From assembly GCA_963709585.1 (NCBI GenBank), contig CAVPXI010000007.1:78934-142933 (forward strand): DNA of 64,000 bases. Direction: 5' to 3'. Position 1 is the stretch's first letter; every line of letters starts with the position of its first letter. This document shows, piece after piece, positions 26,504-36,330 of the stretch. Below the pieces are notes generated by a model. The model searched no databases. It was not told the origin of the DNA and saw only the letters and a program-made list of their open reading frames with translations. The DNA comes from Candidatus Dormiibacterota bacterium (GTDB lineage: Bacteria > Chloroflexota > Dormibacteria > Aeolococcales > Aeolococcaceae). The position numbers and the translations under genes are program-made.

Positions 26504-29144
26504 TCAGCCGAGTGTAGCCGCGCGGTCGGACAGCGATGCGACGTCATAAGCGATCGCGCTGCACCGGTTCGGCGCAGCAGCAGGTCGGCGACCAGGCCGG
26601 TCCACCCGGTCTGGTGCGATGCGCCGAGGCCCCTGCCCGGTCTCCGCGTGAAAGTACTCGTGGAACGGGATGGCATCCGCGAGGTCGGGCCGCGTGTAGA
26701 GATTGATGCCCGCGACCACCGGGCGCACGCCGTCCGGGCCTTCAGGAAGATGGATGCAAGACGCGCGGCGATGTCGTCTGCGACCGCGCCGAGGTGCGCC
26801 TGACGGCCCGACCCGCGCGGGTACTCGACGGTCCATGCGTCGCCGAGGAAGCGGTGATACACGCGAAGCGCCTCGATGATCAGGTGGTTGACTGGAAACC
26901 AGACCGGTCCACGCCAGTTCGAGTTGCCGCCATAGAGCCGCGAGGTCGATTCCGCGGGCTCGTAATCGAGCCGCGCGACAGTACCGCCGAGGTCGACCTC
27001 GAGCGGATGGTCGGCATGATATTGCGAAAGCGCGCGCAGGCCGTGGTCGCTCAGGAACTCCGACTCGTCGAGCACATACTCGAGAATGCGGCGCAGGCGG
27101 TCGGGGTCGACGATCGCGAGCAGGCGGCTTTCGCGCTGCGTCGTCCTCGACCTCGAGCGATACGGCTGCGGCGTAACGCGGTTTGAGCTTGATGAACAAG
27201 CGCAGCCGCGCCGCAAAATCCGGGAGCCGGCGCAGGGTGTCGTGACCGAGCGTCGTCGCGGCGCAGAGCGGGATGAGCCCCACGATCGAGCGCGCCTGGA
27301 TCGGAATCCGCGTGCCGTCGGCGAGGTGCCAGCTGTCGTAGTAGAAGCCGGCATCCTCGTCCCAGAGTCCCTGTTCGTTCATGGCGGTCGCGATGGTCGC
27401 GAAGTGCTCGAAGAACTTCGTCGCCACATCCTCGTACGTGCGATCGAAGCTTGCGAGGATCAGGGCAATCTCGAGGAGGTTGAGCGAGTACATGGCCATC
27501 CACGCGGTGCCGTCCGATTGCTCCAGGTGGCCGCCGGCGGGGAGCACCGCCGAACGGTTGAACGGGCCGACATTGTCAAGGCCCAGGAACCCGCCCTCGA
27601 AGATGTTGTTGCCCTCGGCGTCCTCGCGATTGACCCACCAGGTGAAGTTGATGAGCAGCTTGTGGAAGACGCGCGCGAGGAACTGGTAATCGGTCGCGCC
27701 GTCGATCTCGAAAACTCGCAGCGCAGCCCATGCGTGCACCGGCGGATTGACGTCGTCGAAGGACCATTCGTAGGCTGGGAGCTGGCCGTTGGCATGCATG
27801 TACCACTCGCGACAGAGCAGGATCAGCTGCTGCTTGGCAAACTCGGGATCGACGTGGGCCAGCGCGACGCACTGGAAACCCAGGTCCCAGGCGGCGAACC
27901 AGGGATATTCCCACTTGTCGGGCATGGAGAGCACGTCCGCGGTGTCGACGTGACGCCATCCGGCGTTGCGTCCCACGAGTCGCTCGGCGGGCGGTGCGGG
28001 TTCGGCCGGGTCGCCGTCGAGCCAGCGCGTCACGTTGTAGTGGTAGAACTGCTTGCCCCACAGCATGCCGCTGAGCGCTTGACGGACGACGAGGCGCTCG
28101 TCGGTCGTGAGAGGGTCGACCATCACGCTCGCGTAAAACGCGTCGGCTTCGCTGTGGCGGAGCTCGAGCGCAGCTGCCGCACCGCCGGCGGCGTCGGTCT
28201 CGCGGCGGCCGAATCGAAGCCTGATCAACGCATGCTCGCCGGGGTCGACGGAGAGCACGTAGTGCAGCGCCCCCTTGGTTCCGACCTGCGCGGGATTAAC
28301 GGTCTGCGCAGCGTGGATCACGTGGTCGTTGATGCCGTCCTTGGGAAAGCCGCTGCGTGACGTCGATCCCCAGAGGCGCTCGGCGTTGGACTCGTTGTCG
28401 CAGACCAGCGTCGTGTAGTCGCCGTCCCCGGTGAGGAACATCCGGCCCACCACCGTGTGGTCGGCGACGATTCGTCCGTTCTCCACGTGCAGTGACGGAG
28501 TCGTGTCGGTGATGCCCCACGCCCATGTGTTGCGGAACCAGAGCGTCGGGAGGATGTGGAGGCTCTGGGTGGTGGCGCCGGTGTTGCGAGCGCACAATTC
28601 CAGGATGAGATCTTCGGGCGTCTCCTTCGCGTAGTCGAGGGTGATGTCCCAGAAGCCGCTGTCGAGCACGCCGGTGTCCGCAAGCTCGTACTCGGGGTCG
28701 AGCTCACCGCGACGCTGGTTCTCGGCGAGCAGATCGTCGTAGGGAAACGCGACCTGCGGATAGAGATATCGCCAGCGCATCCACGAATGCGTCGGCGTCG
28801 AATCGACGTACCACCAGTATTCCTTGGCGTCCTCAGCCATGATTTCCCTGCGGGCCGGTCAGCCCGAAGATCCGCTCCTTGAGGATGGGATCGACGCCGT
28901 TCCAGAACGCGAACGCGAGACACAGCAACTGGTGCTCATCGCAGATCCCGCCAAGGCCCTCCTCGCTCCAGCGGAAGGCTCGCGAACGCGCCTGGTCGTG
29001 GGGAACGTAGCTCCAGGCGTCCCCGTTCGCGCTGTAGTCCTCGCGCACCGTGCCCCAGGCGCGCTCGCTGAGATACGGCCCCCAGCGCCGCCAGCCCGCC
29101 GGATCGTCGCGGAGCCGCGCGCGCTCGGCGTCGTGGTTGGTCAC
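26504..29144 (-). pseudogene. GH63-family (MGH1-like) glycoside hydrolase, ~880 codons, with four clear and one probable frame breaks
   Basis: GTG at 29144: [30 protein letters not shown]...LTGPQGNHG (tail of ORF 28833..30434). It continues EDAKEYWWYVDSTP... (ORF 26504..28840), then RESRLLAIVDPDRL...ASIFLK (ORF 26374..27354), then GPDGVRPVVAG...FHEYFHAETGQG (frame of 26504), then LGASHQTGWTGLVADLLL (frame of 26374). Breaks are near 28835, 27135-27145, 26741 and 26629. A fifth break (26510-26620) is implied if the stop is the TGA at 26504-26506, 3 nt before the next ATG. Confidence 0.75.
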
Positions 29145-29173
29145 GACCGTCCGGCCGCGGTGGCGTTCAGGCT

Positions 29174-30484
29174 CTAGCCCTGGACGGCCTGGTCCGCGAT
29201 CGAGAGTGCGCCGTCGATGACCTCGAACCCGTGCGCCAGCTCCTCCGCGCTGATGCAGAGCGGCGGGTTGGTGTGGATCGAGTTGTTGGAGACCATCGTG
29301 TACACGCCGTGTTCCCGAAGATACATGGCGATGGCGGTCATCTCCGCGCTGGTCGCGTTGAACGCGGTCATCGGCGTATACGGCTCCTGCTTTCTGACCA
29401 GGTCGAGGATGCCGAAGAGTCCGAGGTTTCGGTGCGCGCCGACGCTGGGGTGCTTCGCTGCCAGCCGCTCGTGATGCGCGCGCATGACGGAGTCCATCGC
29501 GGCAGCACGTTCGATGAGGTGATCCTCCTCGTACACGCTCAAGGTCGCGAGCGAGGCGGCAAGTGACACCGGGTGGCTGGAGTAGGTGAGCCCGCCGTAG
29601 AACATCGTCGTATCGAACTTCTCGGCGATGTGCCGGCGCATCGCGACGGCGCCCAACGGAAGATACGAGGATGTGAGGCCCTTGGCCATGGTCATCAGGT
29701 CCGGGACCGTGTTCCAGTGCTCGATTGCGAACCACCTGCCGGTGCGCCCGAAGCCTGCCATCACCTCGTCGGCCACCATCAGGATGCCGTGCCGGTCGCA
29801 GAGTTCGCGAACGCCTTGAATGTAACCGTCCGGCGGTATCAGGATGCCGTTGGTGCCGACGATGGTCTCGAGGAATATCGCCGCGATGGTGTGCGGTCCC
29901 TCGTACATGATCACGTCCTCGAGACCGCGGAGGCTCTCCTCCACGGGTCGTGGCTCGCGCTCGCCCCAGCGATGGGTGTCGGGATACCGGACCACGCCGA
30001 CGAGCCCCGGCTCCGTCGCCCAGCGGCGCGGATCGCCGGTGAGCGTCATCGCCCCCATGGTCGCGCCGTGGTAGGCGCGGTAGCGAGCGAGGATCTTGTA
30101 GCGCCCGGTGTACTGGCGGGCGATCTTGATCGCATTCTCGATCGCCTCGGCGCCACCGAGCGTGAAGAAGACCTTGTCGAGATCGCCGGGCAGGAGCCCG
30201 GTCAGCTTCTCGCCGAGTTGCGCTCGAATCTCGGTGACGAAGGCGGGCTGGACGAATTGCAGTCTGGTGGCCTGCTCGACGATGGCGTCGACGACCCGTC
30301 GGTCTCCGTGGCCGATGTTCACCGACATCAGCTGGCTGTTGAAGTCGAGAATGCGCCGTCCTTCCGGCGTGTACAACCAGACGCCCTCGGCATGATCGAC
30401 GGCGATGGGATCGACCGCGCCCTGCACCGACCACGAGAAGAATGTGTGCTCCTTTGACAACCGCACGATCTCTTCGCTGGTCAT
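29174..30484 (-). CDS. Class III (omega-type) aminotransferase
   Basis: ATG at 30484 within ORF 29174..31009. [18 protein letters not shown]...[14 protein letters not shown]...[16 protein letters not shown]...[10 protein letters not shown] matches the aspartate aminotransferase fold type I, class III pattern. Confidence 0.85.
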   Translation of the reverse strand: MTSEEIVRLSKEHTFFSWSVQGAVDPIAVDHAEGVWLYTPEGRRILDFNSQLMSVNIGHGDRRVVDAIVEQATRLQFVQPAFVTEIRAQLGEKLTGLLPGDLDKVFFTLGGAEAIENAIKIARQYTGRYKILARYRAYHGATMGAMTLTGDPRRWATEPGLVGVVRYPDTHRWGEREPRPVEESLRGLEDVIMYEGPHTIAAIFLETIVGTNGILIPPDGYIQGVRELCDRHGILMVADEVMAGFGRTGRWFAIEHWNTVPDLMTMAKGLTSSYLPLGAVAMRRHIAEKFDTTMFYGGLTYSSHPVSLAASLATLSVYEEDHLIERAAAMDSVMRAHHERLAAKHPSVGAHRNLGLFGILDLVRKQEPYTPMTAFNATSAEMTAIAMYLREHGVYTMVSNNSIHTNPPLCISAEELAHGFEVIDGALSIADQAVQG

Positions 30485-30631
30485 CCGGCGTTGCTCGACC
30501 TGAACGCTCACGGGGTCCTGGACTCCTCTCGTCGAGACATCAACATGGCACAGTATCACCGTGTCACACGCTCGGGAATTCGGCATCGAGACCGGTACCC
30601 GCGAGCCTTTCGGACCCCGTGGGACAGGGAT

Positions 30632-31603
30632 GTGACCCTCCTCGTCGGAGTGGTCGAGGGCGATCCACCAAGCCGCGACATCCTGGATCCGCGGCCGGAT
30701 GTTCGATACGTCTTCGTCGATCCCGCGTCGCCGCTGCCGGCGGACGCCGCCGACGCCGACGCGCTGCTGATCTGGAACGTCCGCAGCGGCTACCTTCGCG
30801 AGCAGTGGAGCCGCTTCACCCGGCTTCGCTGGGTCCACGCGGGCACCGCCGGCGTCGAACGCGTGCTCTTCCCGGAGCTCGCCGCCAGCGACGTCGTGCT
30901 CACCAACTCGCGGTACGTCTTCGACCAGGCCCTCGCCGAGTACACGATCGGTCTGATGCTGGCCCTGAACAAGGACCTGCAGGCCACGTTCAGGCACCAG
31001 CTCGAGCATCGATGGGTGCAGCGTGAGAGCGAGACACTTTCAGGCAAGACCGTCGTGATGCTCGGCGTCGGTCCGATCGCACGGCGGACCGCCCAGCTGG
31101 CCAATGCACTCGGCATGTCGGTGCGCGGCATCGGGCGAACCGCACGCGCCGGCGATCCCGACTTCGGCGACATCGCCGCGTCCGATGCCCTGCCCGAGCT
31201 GTTCGCGGGCGCGGACTATGTCGTGATGGTCCTGCCCAGCACTCCGCAGACCGCCGGCATGGTCGGTGCCGCCGCCCTCGGCGCGCTCAAGCCGGCCGCG
31301 CGGCTCGTCAACGTCGGCCGTGGATCGACGCTCGACCAGGACGCGCTGTCCACGGCGCTGCGCGAGGGGCGGATCGCCGGGGCTGCCCTCGACGTCATGA
31401 CCCCGGAACCGTTACCTGCTGACTCGCCGCTGTGGGACGTGCCGAACCTGATCATCTCGCCGCACATGTCCGGCGACCACGCGGGCTGGCAGCGAGAGAT
31501 CGCCGACCTGTTCACGAGAAACCTCGAGCGGTTCCAGCGCGGGGAGCCACTGCTCAACGTCGTCGACAAGCGCCTCGGCTACGCGCCCTCGGAGCATCCA
31601 TGA
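30632..31603 (+). CDS. D-isomer-specific 2-hydroxyacid dehydrogenase (glycerate/hydroxypyruvate reductase-like)
   Basis: ORF 30491..31603. The GTG at 30632 is tentative (alternative ATG at 30545). NAD-binding GKTVVMLGVGPIARRTA and catalytic-region LVNVGRGSTLDQDAL...AALDVMTPEPL...SPHMSG. Confidence 0.75.
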   Translation: MTLLVGVVEGDPPSRDILDPRPDVRYVFVDPASPLPADAADADALLIWNVRSGYLREQWSRFTRLRWVHAGTAGVERVLFPELAASDVVLTNSRYVFDQALAEYTIGLMLALNKDLQATFRHQLEHRWVQRESETLSGKTVVMLGVGPIARRTAQLANALGMSVRGIGRTARAGDPDFGDIAASDALPELFAGADYVVMVLPSTPQTAGMVGAAALGALKPAARLVNVGRGSTLDQDALSTALREGRIAGAALDVMTPEPLPADSPLWDVPNLIISPHMSGDHAGWQREIADLFTRNLERFQRGEPLLNVVDKRLGYAPSEHP

Positions 31604-31638
31604 CGCTGGTCGGGTGATTTGCGTATGGTTGCGCCGCC

Positions 31639-32037
31639 ATGCCGGACGCTGACCTCAGCTCTGCCCACGAGTTCGCCTCGGTCAAGGACATCGGGCCTCT
31701 GGCACTCATGGATGGCCTGCGCGTCCGGGCGGTCAATGGAGAGCGGATCACACTCGCCGTCTTCGAACTGGATCCCGGAATCGCAATGCCCGAGCACCGC
31801 CATCCAAACGAGCAGGTCGGGGTCGTGGTGCGCGGAGAGTTCACCTTCACGGTCGGCGGTGAGACGCAGCTGCGCAAACCGGGCGACATGTGGGTGATCC
31901 CACCGGGCGTTCCACACGCGGTCGAGCGCGCCGGCGAGGCGGGGTGCACGATCGTGGAGACATTCTCGCCACCGCGAGACGACTGGGCGGACAAGCCCCG
32001 CCAGGCCCCGTCGGCCGATGGCTGGCCGCAACCCTGA
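31639..32037 (+). CDS. Cupin-domain protein
   Basis: ORF track. Cupin motifs MPEHRHPNEQVGVVVRGE and GDMWVIPPGVPHAVE. Confidence 0.75.
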   Translation: MPDADLSSAHEFASVKDIGPLALMDGLRVRAVNGERITLAVFELDPGIAMPEHRHPNEQVGVVVRGEFTFTVGGETQLRKPGDMWVIPPGVPHAVERAGEAGCTIVETFSPPRDDWADKPRQAPSADGWPQP

Positions 32038-32049
32038 TCCAGCCTGAGG

Positions 32050-32265
32050 TCAGTCCCCGGTCGACCCCTCGGATGAGAACTGAAGTACGTGCATGTCCTC
32101 CAGCAGCCGGTCGGCAAGCCTGAGAAAGCGTCGCGTCCGCCACGCTTGATCCGCTTCTCCGGTGGTCAGCACTGGAACCGCCGCCTCTTTGATAACAAGC
32201 AGCAGCGCCTCGAGATCACGCATCAACCGCAGGACGCGCGTCCACGCGTCTTCCTGTTCGTTCAT
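32050..32265 (-). CDS. Small hypothetical helical protein (71 aa)
   Basis: Internal ATG (32265) of ORF 32050..32316, after GGGGA. MNEQEDAWTRVLRLMRDLEALLLVIKEAAV... No family recognised. It lies in a visibly more AT-rich patch. Confidence 0.4.
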   Translation of the reverse strand: MNEQEDAWTRVLRLMRDLEALLLVIKEAAVPVLTTGEADQAWRTRRFLRLADRLLEDMHVLQFSSEGSTGD

Positions 32266-32432
32266 TCCCCGTTCCCCTTCCGCCATGCCGAGTGGCACGC
32301 AGGAACATCTTCGCACATCTTGTGCTTCGTTTGGAGCGTTCGATCTTGACCAAGGGATCCGGGCCTCGCTGGCCCCGGGGTGCCGGCCGACTACAGTGGG
32401 GCCTCAGGCCGTCGCATGAACAGGGAGAAGCA

Positions 32433-32642
32433 ATGAAAATCAGCGCGCGCAACAAGCTGCCCGGCCGTGTCGAGCAGATCACCCGTGGAGCCGCCACCGC
32501 GAACGTGGTGGTCTCGGTCGCGGGCATGTCCATGACAGCCGCGATCACCGTCGATGCGGTCGAGGAGCTCGGCATCAAGGTCGGCAGCGAGGTCATCGTG
32601 ATCGTCAAGGCGTCCGACGTCATGCTGGCCGTCGCCGAGTAG
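32433..32642 (+). CDS. Molybdenum-pterin-binding (Mop/TOBE, molbindin) protein, 69 aa
   Basis: ATG at 32433 in ORF 32292..32642, after GGGAGAAG. MKISARNKLPGRVEQITRGAATANVVVSVAG...VIVIVKASDVMLAV is the classic TOBE/Mop pattern. Confidence 0.8.
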   Translation: MKISARNKLPGRVEQITRGAATANVVVSVAGMSMTAAITVDAVEELGIKVGSEVIVIVKASDVMLAVAE

Positions 32643-32671
32643 CTCCCGGCCACCCGAGACGACCTCAGCGC

Positions 32672-33772
32672 TTAGAGATTGCCTCGAGCCGCCTGCTCGC
32701 GCTCGATGGACTCGAACAGGGCTTTGAAGTTTCCCTTGCCGAAGCCCTTGCACCCCTTGCGCTGGATGACCTCGAAGAACAGTGTCGGACGGTCGCCGAC
32801 GGGGCGCGTGAAGATCTGCAGCAGGTAGCCGTCGTCATCGCGGTCGATGAGGATGTTGAGCGAGCGCAGCCGGTCGAGGTCCTCGTCGATGCCCGCGGCC
32901 CTTTCCCCGAGTGCGTCGTAGTAGGCGCCGGGGGCAGTGAGGAACTCCACGCCGCGGTCATGCATCTCCTGCACCGTGCCGACGATGTCGTCCGTGTGGA
33001 CGGCGATGTGCTGGATGCCGCTGCCGCGGTAATAGTCGAGGTACTCCTGGATCTGCGACTTCCTGAGCCCGACGTGTGGCTCATTGATCGGCATGGTGAT
33101 CTGGGTGCGCGGGTCGCGCGCCACCTTTGAGCGCAGCGCGCTGTACTGGGTCGCGATGTCCTTTTCGTCGAATTCCTGGAAGACCGTGAATCCGAACACC
33201 TCTGAGTAGAACGAGATCCAGTCGTCCATCTTGCCGGTGTCGACGTTGCCAACCGTGTGGTCGATGAAGCGGAGTCCAACGCCACCGCCGCTGCGACTGT
33301 CGGCGCGGTACCCGGGCCAGAAGACGCCGGAATACTCGTTGCGCTCGACAAAGGTGTGGATGGTGTCACCGAACGTCGCGATCGAGGCGGAGGTCACGAC
33401 CCCGTGCTCGTCCTCGGCGCGTGCCGGCTCTGCAACGCTGCGCGCCCCGCGTGCGGTGGCCGCCTCGTACGCGGCGGTCGCGTCCTCGACCCGGAGCGCG
33501 ATGGTGCGGACCCCCTCACCGTGGAGCCGAAGGTGCTCGGCGATATCGCCCTCGGGCTGGAGCGGCGCAGTGAGCACCAGGCGCACCTTGCCCTGCTCGA
33601 GGACGTAGCTCGCCCGATCGCGAATGCCGGTCTCGGGTCCAGCGTAGGCGACGATGTCAAACCCGAAGGCCTTGCGGTAGTGGTATGCGGCCTGGCGCGC
33701 GTTGCCGACCCACAGCTCGACGTGATCGGTGCCCTCGAGCACGGGCACGGCAACCTCGGCGACCTGAACCAT
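32672..33772 (-). CDS. hppD: 4-hydroxyphenylpyruvate dioxygenase
   Basis: ORF track. Two VOC modules and the C-terminal signature [11 protein letters not shown]...[44 protein letters not shown]. Confidence 0.9.
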   Translation of the reverse strand: MVQVAEVAVPVLEGTDHVELWVGNARQAAYHYRKAFGFDIVAYAGPETGIRDRASYVLEQGKVRLVLTAPLQPEGDIAEHLRLHGEGVRTIALRVEDATAAYEAATARGARSVAEPARAEDEHGVVTSASIATFGDTIHTFVERNEYSGVFWPGYRADSRSGGGVGLRFIDHTVGNVDTGKMDDWISFYSEVFGFTVFQEFDEKDIATQYSALRSKVARDPRTQITMPINEPHVGLRKSQIQEYLDYYRGSGIQHIAVHTDDIVGTVQEMHDRGVEFLTAPGAYYDALGERAAGIDEDLDRLRSLNILIDRDDDGYLLQIFTRPVGDRPTLFFEVIQRKGCKGFGKGNFKALFESIEREQAARGNL

Positions 33773-33791
33773 GTGGTTCTATTGTAGGAGC

Positions 33792-34802
33792 ATGAGATCA
33801 AGCGGCCAGAACGACCCTGGCGGCGCGGAGAGCGCACCACCGGGCGGGTCGGCGCCGGGCGCCGTCGTGGATCGCCACGAAGCCGAATTCCAGGCACTGA
33901 TCGACGCCGATCAGCGGATCGAACCGCGCGACTGGATGCCCGCCGGCTACCGGAAGACGCTCATCCGCCAGATCGCGCAGCACGCCCACTCCGAGATCAT
34001 CGGCATGCAGCCCGAGGGCAACTGGATCACCCGTGCCCCATCGCTGCGGCGCAAGGCGATCCTCATGGCCAAGGTGCAGGACGAGGCCGGTCACGGCCTG
34101 TACTTGTACTGCGCCGCTGAAACGCTCGGCGTCGATCGCTCCGAGCTCATCGACCTCCTGCACGAGGGGCGCCAGAAGTACTCGAGCATCTTCAACTACC
34201 CGACGCTCACCTGGGCGGACGTCGGCGCGATCGGCTGGCTCGTCGACGGCGCGGCGATCACCAACCAGATCCCGCTCTGCCGCTGCTCCTTCGGCCCGTA
34301 CGCGAGGGCGATGGTGCGCGTGTGCAAGGAGGAATCCTTCCACCAGCGGCAGGGGTTCGAGTTGCTCTACGCGATGTCGCATGGGACTCCCGAGCAGCAC
34401 GAGATGGCCCAGGATGCGGTGAACCGCTGGTGGTGGCCGTCCGTCGAGATGCTCGGTCCCCCCGACACCGAGTTGACGCACAGCGCGCAGTCGATGGCGT
34501 GGGGCATCAAGCGATTCTCGAACGACGAGCTGCGCCAGCGCTTCATCGACATGGTCGCGCCGCAGGCTGTCGTGCTCGGTCTGACGCCGCCGGATCCGGA
34601 ACTTCGCTGGAACGAGGAACGCGAGCACTACGATTTCGGACCGTGCGACTTCGAGGAGCTGCGACGCGTGGTCAGCGGTGACGGTCCATGCGACCGGCAG
34701 CGCGCCGCGCATCACCTGAAAGCGCACGAGGATGGTGCCTGGGTGCGGGCGGCGGCCGCCGCCTATGCGGCCAAGCACGCGGCGACCAGCGCGGCGGCAT
34801 GA
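33792..34802 (+). CDS. paaA: 1,2-phenylacetyl-CoA epoxidase subunit A
   Basis: ATG at 33792 after AGGAG (33786-33790) in ORF 33771..34802. Di-iron ferritin-like segments [11 protein letters not shown] and [12 protein letters not shown]. Followed by paaBCDE. Confidence 0.9.
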   Translation: MRSSGQNDPGGAESAPPGGSAPGAVVDRHEAEFQALIDADQRIEPRDWMPAGYRKTLIRQIAQHAHSEIIGMQPEGNWITRAPSLRRKAILMAKVQDEAGHGLYLYCAAETLGVDRSELIDLLHEGRQKYSSIFNYPTLTWADVGAIGWLVDGAAITNQIPLCRCSFGPYARAMVRVCKEESFHQRQGFELLYAMSHGTPEQHEMAQDAVNRWWWPSVEMLGPPDTELTHSAQSMAWGIKRFSNDELRQRFIDMVAPQAVVLGLTPPDPELRWNEEREHYDFGPCDFEELRRVVSGDGPCDRQRAAHHLKAHEDGAWVRAAAAAYAAKHAATSAAA

Positions 34803-35089
34803 GCGAGGAAACGCCTTCGCCGCTCTGGGAGGTCTTCATCCGCAGCAAGCGCGGGCTGTCCCACAACCACGTGGGCAGCCTGCACGCCCCAGACGCCGAG
34901 ATGGCGCTGCGCAACGCGCGCGACGTGTACACGCGGCGCATGGAGGGGGTGAGCATCTGGGTCGTCCCTTCGGCGCTGATCACCGCGTCATCTCCAGACG
35001 AGAAGGACTCGTTCTTCGACCCGGCGTCCGACAAGGCATACCGGCATCCCACGTTCTACTCGATACCGAAGGAAGTGCGGCAGCTGTGA
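34799..35089 (+). CDS. paaB: 1,2-phenylacetyl-CoA epoxidase subunit B
   Basis: ATG at 34799 overlaps the paaA stop (ATGA), in frame with ORF 34688..35089. [47 protein letters not shown] is the typical PaaB sequence. Confidence 0.9.
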   Translation: MSEETPSPLWEVFIRSKRGLSHNHVGSLHAPDAEMALRNARDVYTRRMEGVSIWVVPSALITASSPDEKDSFFDPASDKAYRHPTFYSIPKEVRQL

Positions 35090-35850
35090 CCCTCGTGGTC
35101 GCCGGCGCGGCGGCCGTGTACACGCTGCGCGCCGCGGACGATTGCCTCGTGCTCTCGCACCGGCTGGCGCAGTGGTCGTCGTGGGCGCCGACCCTGGAGG
35201 ACGACGTCGCCTTGACGAACATCGCGCTCGACCTGCTCGGCCAGGGGCGTGCGATGTACGCCCGCACCGCCGAGCTCGACGGCACCGGCCGCTCCGAGGA
35301 CGACTACGCCTTCATGCGAGATGAGCGCGAGTTTGTGAACTGTCTGCTCGTCGAACAGGAGAACGGCGACTTCGCCACGACGATCCTTCGCCAGCTCCTG
35401 TGTTCGACATATCAGCTCGCGCAGTGGCAGGCGTTGGTGACGTCGACGGACGATCAGGTCGCGGCGATCGCCGCCAAAGCCGTCAAGGAGACGGCGTATC
35501 ACCGCGACCATGCCACCGACTGGACGCTCCGCCTCGGCGACGGGACCGACGAGAGCCATCGCCGTATGGACAGCGCCCTGGCAGCCCTCTGGCCGTTCAC
35601 CGCCGAGCTTTTCGAGAGCGACTTCGTCGCCCGCGACGTTGCCGCCCTGGGCGTCGGTCCCGACCCGGAGACGCTCCGCCCCGAGTGGGAGGGGTATATC
35701 GGCCGCGTTCTCAACGACGCCACCCTCGTGGTACCGGAGAGTACCTGGAGGCCTTCCGGCGGGCGGCAGGGACTACACACCGAGCCGTTTGGGTACATGC
35801 TCGCCGAGATGCAACACCTTCATCGCTCATTTCCGGGTGTCACGTGGTGA
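35086..35850 (+). CDS. paaC: 1,2-phenylacetyl-CoA epoxidase subunit C
   Basis: GTG at 35086 overlaps the paaB stop (GTGA), in frame with ORF 34732..35850. AADDCLVLSHRLAQWSSWAPTLEDDVALTNIALDLLGQ. Confidence 0.85.
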   Translation: MTLVVAGAAAVYTLRAADDCLVLSHRLAQWSSWAPTLEDDVALTNIALDLLGQGRAMYARTAELDGTGRSEDDYAFMRDEREFVNCLLVEQENGDFATTILRQLLCSTYQLAQWQALVTSTDDQVAAIAAKAVKETAYHRDHATDWTLRLGDGTDESHRRMDSALAALWPFTAELFESDFVARDVAALGVGPDPETLRPEWEGYIGRVLNDATLVVPESTWRPSGGRQGLHTEPFGYMLAEMQHLHRSFPGVTW

Positions 35851-36326
35851 CCGCGAGCGAAGAGATCCGTCGCGTGGCCGGGGCGATCCCCGACCCTGAG
35901 ATGCCTGCCCTGACCATCGCCGACCTCGGCATCCTTCGCGATGTCCGCGTCGACGCATCCGGGCATGTCGACGTCGACATCACGCCGACGTACTCGGGGT
36001 GCCCGGCGCTCGACACCATCCGTGAGGACGTCGAACGTTGTGTGCGAAACCAGGGCTACGCCGATGTCAGCGTGCGCATCGTGCTCTCACCCGCATGGAC
36101 GACCGAGTGGATGTCCGAGGCCGGGCGAGTCAAGCTGCGCGAGTACGGCATCGCGCCTCCGCGTCAGCACGCCTTCGAGGTGACGCCGCTGACCATCGCG
36201 GTGCAATGTCCTCTGTGCAACTCGTCGCGCACTCACGAGCTGGCCCACTTCGGCTCGACCCAGTGCCAGGCGGTGCGCCAGTGCGATGCCTGCGGCGAGA
36301 CCTTCCCGCACTTCAAGGAGCACTGA
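35847..36326 (+). CDS. paaD: Phenylacetate-CoA oxygenase subunit PaaD (PaaJ in some nomenclatures)
   Basis: GTG at 35847 overlaps the paaC stop (GTGA), in frame with ORF 35400..36326. DPEMPALTIADLGILRDV...ITPTYSGCPA plus a C-terminal Cys cluster. Confidence 0.85.
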   Translation: MTASEEIRRVAGAIPDPEMPALTIADLGILRDVRVDASGHVDVDITPTYSGCPALDTIREDVERCVRNQGYADVSVRIVLSPAWTTEWMSEAGRVKLREYGIAPPRQHAFEVTPLTIAVQCPLCNSSRTHELAHFGSTQCQAVRQCDACGETFPHFKEH

Positions 36327-36330
36327 GGGG

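Noticed and set aside
28833-30434. A 533-aa ORF on the minus strand that could be read as one large gene.
   Set aside because: Only its last ~100 codons ([10 protein letters not shown]...[10 protein letters not shown]) are real; they form the N-terminus of the GH63-like gene starting at the GTG at 29144. The rest is an out-of-frame read through the class III aminotransferase gene (29174..30484), which has clear PLP-enzyme motifs.
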